From: Raja brachyura
Taxonomy: Eukaryota
Length of the DNA stretch: 64,000 nt
Direction of reading: 5' to 3'
Assembly: GCA_963514005.1 (NCBI GenBank)
Contig: OY740791.1
Span: 41,106,001-41,170,000 of the forward strand
Shown: in pieces, positions 26,310-37,479 of the stretch
Layout of the letters: each line of letters begins with the position of its first letter
Numbering within the stretch: the first letter of the stretch is position 1
The notes under the pieces: model-generated
What the model was told of the DNA's origin: nothing
The model's input: the letters and a program-made list of their open reading frames with translations, nothing else
Database searches by the model: none
Program-made: the position numbers and the translations under genes

Positions 26310-29108
26310 ATGGAAAAGAAAAAGCATAAATCTGGATCACTAAAATGCAAAGAACAAAAAGAAGCAGAAAGGAAGGAATCAGCCAAGCAATGCAGGCCTA
26401 TTACAGAGTTTATAATACCACAACCACAATCCACATCAATGTCCAGTTCTGCAACAAATAATCAAGAAGCAAGAAACAATGCTCATGGTGATGATGCAAT
26501 GACATGCGAGTTACAAGAACAGAGACGAGCTACTTTGAATGTAGAGACAAATACAAGTGCATCCATTACTAATTAACCAAGGCCCAATATTTCTTCTGGC
26601 TTCCTTCTTCCGGTATCTGTACTGCCTGTAGTTGCAACATCTGAACACATAGCTTCAACTAGTGATGGGGAAGCAGATATTCCTTCAAGCATAAATGACT
26701 TGGTTTCTTAAGCACATCCTGTAAATGAACCTACACAAGAAAATTAAAGATCAATTACTGTAATCTTCCAATATCCATCACGAGCAAAGCTAAAACAGTT
26801 TTTTGCTGAACATCCACTTCAGCCACTTGATGGTCTGCCATTTGATGCTCGTTTGTATGCGAGGAAAATTATGAATGACTCAGTCCCAAGAAAATGGCTA
26901 ACATATAACAAAGAAAATAGATGCTTATATTGTTCATACTGCTTAGCCTTTGAGTTTTCCAACACTTGTAATCCATCACCCTTTGTACGTGGCTTTAGTG
27001 ACTACAGACGTATTAGCCAGAGCTTGACTTTACATGAATCGACAACAACACACGTCAGAAATGCTCAGCAATATATCAATGTGGTTAATGATGGCACCTT
27101 AGATACATTTTTTGCAGCATTACTAATTAAAAGAAAGGAAGAAGTATTAAAGCAGAGAAGTATTGTCATGAGGATTATAGGCATCATAAAGATGTTAGGC
27201 AAGCAAGCACTTCCTTTTCGAGATCACAGAAATGAATCGGCAATTCTGTGACTCTAGATACTGAGGTTCTGAATCATCGCAATTTTTTAGCTACAGTGCA
27301 GTTGATGGCAAAATATGACCCCATTATGGCAGCTCGCATTTCACCAGTGCAAAACAAGTCTAAACAAAGAATGAAATGATTAGGGCAACAAGGAAAGGCT
27401 CCAAGTAAAGGTTGTGGTGGACTTGTTACATACCCGAGTAAAATAACTATAAACATGCTAATCAAAATTATGAAGAATATGATACAAGAAAGAATTAGTC
27501 ATGAAGTTTCTCGAGCTCAATATTATTCTATTCAGGTTGATTCAACACAAGATAATTCATCCATCGATCAGTTTAGCATTATTATTCGGTATGTGCTTAA
27601 AGGTATTATCTGTGAGCGACTACTTTCTGTTGTGCCAAGTAATGATGGTACAGGACAGGGATTTTTTGATCTATTGATTGAAACATTACAGCATCTTAAA
27701 ATTGCCCCCCAAAAATGTTTATCTGATAGCACAGATGGCGCTGCAAGCTACCATGGCCAGTATAATGGTTTACAAAGTAAAATTGCTGATGTGGCTGATC
27801 AACATGTTCATATATGGTGCTATGCCCATGTCTTGAATTTGGTGATAACTGAAACAACAAAATGTTGTGTGCCTGCAGTTTCTTTTTTCAATTTGCTCCA
27901 GAATATAGAAGTTGTTGGAAAACATCTAGGACAAGAAAAAATTAAACGATTAAAGCTAATTGGTGAGACCAGATGGTCAGGAAAATGCAATGCAGCAACA
28001 ACTATATTTGGACGTTTTGGTGATGCCGCTGCCAATACTTTTGTAAATCTATTGACATGCTTATCAATGATACAAGATTCAGAAAAGTTTGATGCAAAAA
28101 CAAAACATGAAGCAAATGTTTTACTTCAAAGTCTTCTCAAGTTTGAAACCATATTGACAGCATTTACTTGTATATATTTGAAACTACAACCCTGTTATCA
28201 AGTTATCTTCAGACAAGTGGTTTAGATAGATTTAGATATGTTTACTGCATGGAGTTTGGTAGATTCAGCTAGAACAAAGTTGAAGGAACAGACAAGAACA
28301 TTTGATAACGTTCACAGCAAGGCTTTGGAATTTGTAAATAAATGTAATGACAGGATTTCACAGATGAATATGGATGAAAATCAAACATTGGAAATTGATA
28401 TGTTGGAAACAGCATTACCAGTTAAGAGGCAGAGGAAGAAGAAAAGAATGGCAGATGAGCTTATTGATGATGAAAGAAATTCCTCGGATTCTCTAGCTGA
28501 TTTTTGAGTAAATATGTTTAACCCAATAATGGATCGCATTGTCCAGTCACTAGAATCACGCTTTATACAACACAAACAGTTGTATAAAGATTTGTCCTGC
28601 TTGGACACAGCAAAGTTTAAAACTATTGCAGAGAAGGGCCTTGACGATCAAGCATTGGACGGTATTATTAAGCTGTTTCCACAAATCAGCAAAGATCAAG
28701 TAATATTGGAATTGTTTTCTTTTGCTTCAAACTTTGATGTATTAAAGCTATTGCTTAATGATGGTGAGAATATGGATTCCAGTTGTAACAATTGTAAAAT
28801 TTGCAGCACTTGCCCATCGTGTGTACTAAAAATTCTGGCATCCAACAGACTTCGTGACAAGGCATATGATAACCTTTATGAACTTTATAAAGTCATCTGC
28901 ACACTATCACTCAAGTCCAATGTGAGAGGACATTTTCAAAGCTAAAGATCTTAAAGACAAGGTTACAAAATTCGATGTCTGAGGAGAATTTGGAATCAGA
29001 CATGTTGCTATCCATTGAAAAGGAATTGTTAGATGAATTTGATGCAGAAGCAATTATTGGCAGATGCGCACAATCATCAGCGAACACAAACAATTGCTCT
29101 TAATATAG
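26310..29108 (+). pseudogene. hAT transposase pseudogene (TTF-type Zn finger, DUF4371-like region, DDE core, hATC dimerisation domain)
   Basis: RKWLTY..LYCSYCLAF; QALPFRDH; YSIQVDSTQD; STDGAA; HIWCYAHVLNL; ETRWS; CERTFSKLKILKTRL. Several stops and frameshifts. Confidence 0.88.
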
Positions 29109-30048
29109 TGGACTGCATGCAATGCTCTATTGTGCTTTTGAACTATCAGTGAATGTGTAAATTGTGCAGTAAACTATTTAAAAATATCAACCAATTACTT
29201 AAAATAAAATTAAAATTAAAAAAAAATCAATTATAACATTCTGTATTTACATTTGGTATCTACTGCCAGTAATATGTACATGTACACTGTAATTACTAAG
29301 AAATACACATTTTTTCCCACAAATATTTTAATTGTACCCTTTTTTCCATATGTATTTTTTGAAAAATGGATTTATTCGTTATGAAAATTAAATGATAGCA
29401 TTGTAGTTGAGGGAGGGCCCCCTTTGTCTCCTGGCAACCAATATTTTTAGACCCAGTCCGCCACTGCCTGGAGGGACCTGAAAATAGCTATGCATTGACG
29501 ATCCCCATCCAACCGGACCTAAGAGGATCTGCAGAGAAGAATGGGAGAAATTACCCAAATACAGGAAGACTTGAGGCTGTAATCGCTGCCAAAGGTGCCT
29601 CAATAAAGTACTGAGTAAAGGGTTTGAATACTTATGTAAATGTGATATTTTAGTTATTTCTTTTTAATTATTTAGCAAAAATTTCTAAACATTTTTTTTC
29701 GCTTTTTTACTATGGGGTATAGTGGGTAGATTGATGATTTAAAAAAATGAATTTGATAAATTTTAGAATAAGGCTGTAACGTAACAAAATATGGAAAACA
29801 TGGAGGGGTTTGAATACTTTCCGAATGCACTGTATATCTATCCAAATGTAATTTTACTTCGGAGTCACGTGAGTAACTACGTGAAGAACCCATCAGCCCC
29901 GCATGCACATAATTACATCAAACGCATGGCGCTCTGACTGGCTGGTGGCGAGTCGCTCCTCCAGCGGTAAGTTTAAAAGGCCACCAGGTAAGTTCTTGAA
30001 CTTAGTCTGAGGTCGTTTTTTCTTCTGTCTCGTTACAGCAAGAACATC

Positions 30049-31270
30049 ATGGATAAGGCGAGGGTGAAGTCTCGATGGGCTGTAGGGAGAACCACTTCCG
30101 AAGCCCGTGGCAGGATGGTTAGCGGGCGACAGCCCGTTTCACCATCGCGGTCGCTGACACCACATCCAGCAACCCCGGGCACGGTGCCCATGGACAGCAC
30201 TTTGGCTACCCCGCAGGTCGGGAAGGCCAAGTGCAAGTCCAACAGGCCAGTGGACTCGGACGAGTCCGGCCGGGAGGGTTCGCCTCCTCGAGTGGGAAGC
30301 GTTGGGGGACGCCTTTCCTGCATGGAGCATCTTATGGAGAAGATGCTCCAACGTGATGTGCTCCTTGGTCGGGAATCATATCACAGCGGGCTTCGAGGGC
30401 CCGCAGCAGCACATGGTGCAGGGCTGCATTATGTATCCCTATCCGAGGATGGGAGTATAGACCACCAGTCCTGGGCGGAGTTTCGCTCAGTGCGAGACCC
30501 GTGGGAAGCGGAAGTGCCGACCATGGTCTCAAAATTTGCAGTGCCGTCACTGGTTGGGTAGCCACTGGAAGAAGAGCCGGCGGCCAGCATTAATTACCTC
30601 ACTTCCCACCAGCTTCAGGAACAAGTCATGATGGAGATAGCCATGAGGTACCACGCTCCCAGCAACTGTGCTTCCCTCAAGGTACCGGTGGTGAACAGTT
30701 CCATCTGGAGCTACATTGGGGGCGGCATGAAGACCCAACAGGTCAAACGCCAAAGAATTTTAAACCTGCTGGCATCGGGGTTGACAGCATTTGCCAGGTC
30801 AGTGGACGGCTGCACATTATCTGAGGCTCAACGGGACGCAATGGCATTGTTGTGCAATGCACAATTCGAAATTAATTGCTTTCGTAAGAATGCCATTCGT
30901 CCTGTTCTCAACCCCAAGTTTGTGGGGTTGTGTAAGGCCAGTAATGTGCAGCCACCCAACTTACTGTTTGGAGAAGACCTGTCCAGGCAGGTGAAAGACA
31001 TAGACGACGAGTCGAAGGCTGTGGGGCTACTTCGGGCTCCACCACCAAACAGACAGTCATCGTTTCGACACCAGCACCCAAATGCCTCGACCAGCTGCGG
31101 TAACCACCTCCAGCTGCACAAGACCAGCTGCGGAAACCACCTCCAGCTTGAAGACCCCAAGAACCGGCCGGAAGTCTTTTTTAGGACATGGCCCAAACCG
31201 GCCGACAGCCAAGATTCACAGCTGGCGCACAACAGCACCTCAAGTCCCCAAACATCAGTGAAGGAAATAA
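30049..31270 (+). pseudogene. DIRS ORF1 (gag-like) with an internal stop
   Basis: 170-aa and 300-aa ORFs in the same frame; PSNCASLKVPVVN..IW, LLFGEDL. 33-bp tandem duplication near 31089-31148. Confidence 0.7.
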
Positions 31271-31289
31271 ATATTCAGAATCCACCGAC

Positions 31290-34243
31290 TAACACGGAGG
31301 TAGGTGAATCTGGGTCTCAATGTAACATACCGGGTGTGGGTTCATTGCATGTTGGTGGTAGGTTATGTTTCTTTTTGCATGAGTGCCGGTGGATAACTTC
31401 TGACTTGTTCATACTGCGCAGCATAGACGGGTTCAAAATTGAATTTGCGGGCTATCTCCCACCCACGCAGCATGCTCCAAACTGTGCCTTTGCTCGTTTC
31501 AAAACGGGATGGTTTGGAAGTTTAGGCTGAAATTGAAACATTAAGTGCTAAAAGAGTGATTGAAAAAAACAGTCATGAACTTCATGAATTTGTGTCCAAT
31601 ATTTTCACCAGGGAAAAGAAGGATGGGGGGATACCGCATCATTTTGGACTTAACCGAACTTAACACCTTTGTGCAGTACAAACATTTCAGAATGGAAAGT
31701 TTTGTGAGTGCAAAACAGTTAATTTCCAAGGGATGTTACATGGCATGCATTGATCTTAAAGATGCTTATTAATCTGTACCTGTTCACAAAGATCACAGAA
31801 AAGACTTGAAATTTAAATGGATGGGGCAGCTATGGCAGTTTTATGTGTTGCCGAATGGGTTAACCTCAGCGCCAAGGTTATTCACAAAAATATTGAAACC
31901 TGTTCTTGCTCTATTAAGAGAGCAGAAACACATAGTAATGGCTTATTTGGACGATATCCTCATTATAGGGAAAACTAGGGAAACGGCTATTTCGGCGGTC
32001 TCAGCCACCAAACTTGTGTTTGAGCAGTTGGGGTTCCTAATTCACCCAGTAAAATCCAGGTTGACTCCATCCAGGGTTATGGATTATTTGGGATTTACTA
32101 TAATCTCCAATCACATGTCAATCACTTTGCCAGAGGACAAGAGATTGAAGTTAATAGAAGCCTGCAATCATCTTATCACACAGCAGCTGCTTTCAATTTG
32201 ACAAGTAGCAAGCTTGATTGGAAAATTGGTGGCTGCATTTCCAGCAGCCAAATATGGGCCTTTGCACTATCGGCAATTACAAAGAGCAAAGGTTCAGGCA
32301 CGCAAACATAATTTTGGCCACTTTTACAGAACTATGCAATTACTGGCCAAAACCATTCATGAGCTACAGTGGTGGAAAGCCAATATTGTCCATTGTTCTG
32401 GCAATACTTCAATTGAAAGCCCTTCTGTTGTTTTACAGACATATGCCAGTTCTCTGGGGTGGGTCGCCACTGACACCATTTCTAGCTGCGGTGGCAGATG
32501 GAACATGCATGAGATATCTTTTCTGCAGTTGCATGGTGTTAACTATTTGGAATTGCTCGCAGCCCTATATGGTCTGAAAGCTTATTGTGCTCATATGCAC
32601 CACGTGCATGTTCAATTACAGATAGATAACACCACAGCAGTGGCATACATAAATCACATGGGTGGTATCAAGTCGGTATCCTGTGATAAATTGGCATGCC
32701 TCATTTGGAACTGGTGCATCATTCGAAATATTTGGGTTTCAGCTATCTACCTCCCAGGTAGATTAAACACGGTGGCGGACACCAGGTCACGTAAATTCAA
32801 TGGCAACACAGAATGGGTGTTGAATCATAATGTGTTTAAGTAGGTATGTTACAAAACTTACCTTGAGCAGCGCTGCAGTTATGCCACTCCCCGTGTGCGT
32901 GACTTTGGCGCCTTTCAGAGGGGGGCAGGCTTAAAGTGCCGTTTTTCAACAGACATGGAAAATCGATGAATGTCGGGCGATTTCGTTGCAGAAGAAAAAT
33001 CGCTCCGACATTTCATGAATGTCTTAAATTACTCTAAATTATTTATTAACTAGAGTAATTTAAAAATCACCTTCAAAAGCCGTGAGCACCGACAACCGGA
33101 AGGGTTTTGTGTAGGGGAGAAAAAAAGGTAAATAGTTTATTTTTATATTAAAAGTTGGTTTTTCGGGAGGCTTTAATAATATTTTCATGTTGCGAAATGG
33201 GGTCCAAAAAAATGTATGAACAAACAGTATTTTTCCTCCCGACCACCGCTAACCGCAACGTTCCAATCCACCGCATTCCACTAAAACCCACTTGCTAGTT
33301 GATTTAAATGGCCATTAACTTACAGGCATAAAACACTAAATTCCTTCCATTTGGCCTAGAAATTCATGAAAATTAGATTTAAAAATTATGTTATATTGTG
33401 GATTATTGTGTGAATGTTATTTGGACACAGGCAATTTAAAAAAAGTTTATATTTTCTTAAGAAATGGATAGATGTTTAGATCTACTCATTGAATTTTGTA
33501 ATTAGCTACAATTAGATAACTAACTAACTATATGCTTTAATTTCAGGTCATCCAAGTAAGATTGTTTCATATTTGTTTCAGAATGCTTCAATCTATAATA
33601 ACTGAAAATTTCATTGAGTTCTCTTAATTTTTAAGAAAGTTATGGGCTTTTAACTGTTCCAGATCACAGCTTTTGAGTAAAGACAATGGAGAACAAGATG
33701 CTAATTTCCGAGTATGAAAATGGCCATAACTTTCTTAATACTGAAGATATGAAAGTGAATTAGGTGTCAAATTAAACTTCTTTTTATGCTTTATCTGATG
33801 GGATAAACTGCAGACTTGATTTTTAAAATCTCAAAATTTTGTAACATTGCTAGTTTAAGGATATTGTTTCTAGATATGGAACACCAGATATGGATTTGTT
33901 CACTTCAAGATTAAATCATCAATTACCAAAGTATGTTGCATGGGAACCAGACCTAGGGGCAGTAACGATAAACATGTTCTCGCTACATTGGGGTGCAATG
34001 TTTTTCTATGCATTGCCCCCATTTTGCCTAGTCAGTCGCTGTCTGCAAAAAATTCAGCAGGACTCTGCCTCCGGCATTCTGGTAGTCCCTGACTTGCCGA
34101 CACAGCCATGGTATCCTCTTATTCTGAGCATGGTAGAACCTGTGTGGAAGGTTCCTAAAGGCAGGTCTCTGTTAACTAACCCGATTTCTGGTGAAGTACA
34201 TTCTCTGCATGATCGGCTCAATTTATTGATTTGCAGGTTTTAA
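31290..34243 (+). pseudogene. DIRS RT / RNase H / adenine-methyltransferase-like ORF, disrupted
   Basis: VGGRL, GGYRIILDL, IDLKDAY, LPNGLTSAPRLFTK, AYLDDIL, NYLELLA, IDNTTAVAYIN. After the 32841-33852 insert it continues DLFTSRLN...YALPPF. Confidence 0.9.
32841..33852 (+). mobile_element. ~1-kb TIR transposon, copy 3 (7-bp TSD GTTTAAG)
   Basis: Removing the element and one GTTTAAG restores the DIRS frame NHNVFK-DIVSRYGTPDMDLF. Confidence 0.93.
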
Positions 34244-34269
34244 GAAGACATTTCCTTGGACTGGGAATA

Positions 34270-35211
34270 GCTGATCGTTACGGTGGATGTGCTAACTGCG
34301 GCCTGGAAAAGCAGTATTCAGAAACAATATGCCTCATACATTAGGAAATAGGAAGTGTTCTGTGCACAGTCCGACATTTCTTATGAGGCAGTGCACATTA
34401 CAAATGTTCTGGAGTTCCTCTCGAAGTTGCATTTCGATGACAAATTAAGCTACAGTGCTCTAAATCGTGCCAGAAGTGTGCTGTCGTCTTACCTGCTGCC
34501 AATTTCAGAACACCAATCAGTGGGGTCTCACCCTTTAGTGTCAAGATTCATGAGGGGAGTCTTCAATTCGAACACTCCTAGGCCCAGATATTCTGAAATT
34601 TGGGATGTAGGGGTGGTTTTAACTTTACTCCGGTCATGTCTCCACCAACTTCCCTGTCTCTACTCTGACTCACGCACAAGGTGGCTATGCTCATCGCGTT
34701 AGTTTCAGCTCAAAGAGTCCAGTCCTTGCAGAAGCTACGATTGGACAGGATGCTCACCTCTGCTGGTAGTTTCACCTTTTTTGTGTACGACCCTATAAAA
34801 CAGAGTAGACCAGGTACCTCGGGATTGAAATTGCAGTTCTTGGCATATCCTTCAGATCCCAATTTGTGTGTAGTTGCTCACCTCCGGCAATACATTAGCC
34901 TCACCAAGGGGCTTAGGGGGTCTGAGTTAGCATTACTGATCAGCTACAAGAAACCACATAAGAAGGTCTCAACTCAGACCATTTCCAGGTGGCTAAAACA
35001 AGTTCTAACAGAGGCTGGGATTGATACTAAAATGTTTAAATCTCATTCCACCAGGGCTGCAGCTACGCCCGCAGCGAGGGTCATGGACGTCCCACTAGAC
35101 CAGATTTTATCGGCTGCAGGATGGTCCTCAGCACGCACGTTTCAGACGTTTTATAACAAACCTTTAGCCGGAACAAGCGTGTTTGCTACCTCAGTTTTAA
35201 GTTCACATTAA
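34270..35211 (+). pseudogene. DIRS tyrosine recombinase (frameshifted)
   Basis: SAQRVQ, HSTRAA and AAGWSSARTFQTFY supply the R..HxxR..W..Y catalytic residues. Confidence 0.9.
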
Positions 35212-35771
35212 TAGCCCTCTCGGGTAGAGAGGGAACTGTTATTGTTATTGTTTAATTACATGTTAAATTGTCAATTTGTTCTTTATGTCATGACTGAACA
35301 GTTTTGTCCACTCTTCTTGGTCAACTATACAGTGTGTGACGCATGGATTCGTTCCATGGCATGGAGTCACAGAGCTTTAAAATCTTCACATAGTCACTCG
35401 CGTGACTCCGAAGTTAAATAGTAAGATTAAACGTGAACTTACCAGTTTGAAGTTTGATCTTTATTTTATGAGGCGTTACGATGAGGGATTACGTGCCCTC
35501 CGCTCCCAACCCCTCCTCATAAAACCAGCTGGTAGTTCTAGTTTCGTCGATCTTGCTATTCTCGGGTCAATGTTTATCTGTCTGTGACTGCACACCGCTG
35601 CTTTGAAGGTTGACGCACATGCGGGGCTGACGGGTTCTTTACGTAATCCCTCAACGTAACTTCTCATAAAATAACGATCAAACTTCAGATTGGTAAGTTC
35701 TCATTTAATCTTACTATTTAAAAGTCATAATTATTTCTGCTCCTATAGCTTCCTATGTTATTCTAGATATT

Positions 35772-35997
35772 GGGTGGCACGGTGGTGCAGCAGTAGAGCT
35801 GCTGCCCTACAGCGCCAGAGACCTGGGTTCGATCCTGACCATGGGTGCTATCTGTATGTATTATGTACGTTCCCCCTGTGACCATGTGGGTTTTCCCCCG
35901 GTGCTCCGATTTCCTCCTACACTCCAAGGATGTACAGGTTTGTATGTTAATTGGCTTGGTAAAATTGTAAATTGTCCCTAATGTGTGAAGGATAGTG
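35772..35997 (+). mobile_element. tRNA-derived V-SINE (HE1-like), 3'-truncated
   Basis: Head GGGTGGCACGGTGGTGCAGCAGTAGAG with B box GGTTCGATCC, followed by the V-domain-like core. Confidence 0.8.
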
Positions 35998-37479
35998 AAA
36001 ATAAGGAAAGTCCAAGGACCACAGTGAGGTTGGAAGATTTCCAAGTGTGTGAGTGAAACTACTAAAGTCGACTCTTAACTCTCCCCCCTCTTTCTTTAAG
36101 CCTATTCTCTCTCATTTTAGAATCCTCTACCCTGGGGAAAAAGACTATGAGCGCTCACTTTATTCATGCCCATATGACTGTTCGCCTCAATAAGCAGCTC
36201 TCAGCCCCTGAAGCAGTACATTACCAAGGGCTGCTCATAGTCCAGTCATTACAAACATTACCAAAGACTGCTCATACCTCTGTCACACTGTTGTTGCCCT
36301 TCTCCCTTTGGGACAAAAGATACAAAAGCATGTACTACCAGATTCAAGAACAACTTGTTCTCCATCGTTATTAGTCTCTTGAACAGAACTGCGACATGCT
36401 TAGGTCATGTTTAGGTCATGATCTCCCAATCTCATTGTGGTTGTTGGACTTCCCTTATTTGCATTTTCTCAGTAACTGTAACATCATATTTTGCACCCTG
36501 CTTACTTTCTCTTTTACAACACCTGTTGTACTCATGTACAGTATGGTATGATTTACCCAAATAGAATACAGAACCAAGTTTCTCGTGAAAATAATAAATT
36601 TATACGAGACATTGACGACAACAACATAAAATATCAGGAGGAAACCCTTTAGTGGGCCAAGCCAGGAGTCGTCTTGGGCTGGATGTAGCCAATGACGCTA
36701 CACTAGATAGATCTCTAAATGGATAGATATCTAGATAGATAGACTCTATCTAGAGTCTGTCTATCTGTAAAAACATATTCTTACAAGCAACAGGATAACA
36801 CAGTATTTTACAGGATAACATAGAGCGAGTGTGAATGGGTGATCAATAGCGGTGTGGGCTCGTTGGGATCAAGGACCTGTTTCCATGCTGATCTCTAAAC
36901 AAAACTAAACTTGCTACATATTGAAATGCTAGAATGTTCTGCAGCAATGTCTGGCTGTTAATCTCAAGATGAGCTACAGTACGATTAATATCAATATATA
37001 TAACCACATCGTATAACTATCACAGGCAGCGGCATGAAATTGGGGAGAAAGGGTTAACTGCTGGTGATAACTGTGGGTCTTTACAAGTCATTAAGCTCTT
37101 TACGTGCTTATTTGTGTAAAAATGTGCACCAGTTTACAGTGACCCGCTAAAAGAACTCCATTTTTATTTCCTCCACATGCTCCACATTGTGCATGTGTTA
37201 GGTCTGGCCTTTTTTATGCTGGGATCTACACACTAAAAAAAGTAACAGTTACCCAGGCAGCGTGAGATGAAACCTTTGCCTCCAAAAATAAAAATAAACT
37301 TACTAAGTCAGCAAGCAAGATTTTGCACTCTATTATATTCTGTGTCTTCTACAATCTTAGACACTCAACTCATGAGTACTATCATCCTACTCCAAGTAAA
37401 TTGTACATTACAGGCATAGTTTATATCTTAGACCGAGAATTAAATTTAGTTAAAAATCCGCCATCTTGAATTGCTTCAA

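Larger units (their letters stand above)
22988..29466 (+). mobile_element. 6.5-kb hAT (Tip100/ZMYM1-like) transposon
   Basis: Perfect 8-bp TSD CCTGGAGG at 22980-22987 and 29467-29474. Right TIR CAGTGGCGGACTGGG (rc); left TIR degenerate (CAATGACGAGGCCAGG). Confidence 0.88.
21830..29832 (+). mobile_element. Tc1/mariner IR/DR-type transposon with a defective transposase, split by a hAT
   Basis: TA|CAGCGCATTCAGAAAGTATTCAGACCCC ... GAATACTTTCCGAATGCACTG|TA with long (~200 bp) TIRs. [37 protein letters not shown]. Coding resumes at about 29467. Confidence 0.92.
29851..35719 (+). mobile_element. Structurally complete DIRS1-like tyrosine-recombinase retrotransposon (coding-defective)
   Basis: Left ITR begins ATTTTACTTCGGAGTCACG. 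The ICR at about 35382-35494 is complementary to both termini. The right end is CTTACTATTT. Order gag-like, RT/RNaseH, MT, YR. Confidence 0.93.

Noticed and set aside
26310-29108. Domesticated ZMYM1/ZNF862-like host gene
   Set aside because: Multiple stops and frameshifts, and it is bounded by TIRs with an 8-bp TSD inside a Tc1.
33890-35211. Phage-like integrase plus adenine methylase suggesting bacterial contamination or a prophage
   Set aside because: Both domains lie inside a DIRS retrotransposon with ITR/ICR, embedded in vertebrate intronic repeats.
35772-35840. tRNA gene candidates (also at 52841, 57762, 59400)
   Set aside because: These are SINE heads followed by SINE core and tail, with no complete cloverleaf.
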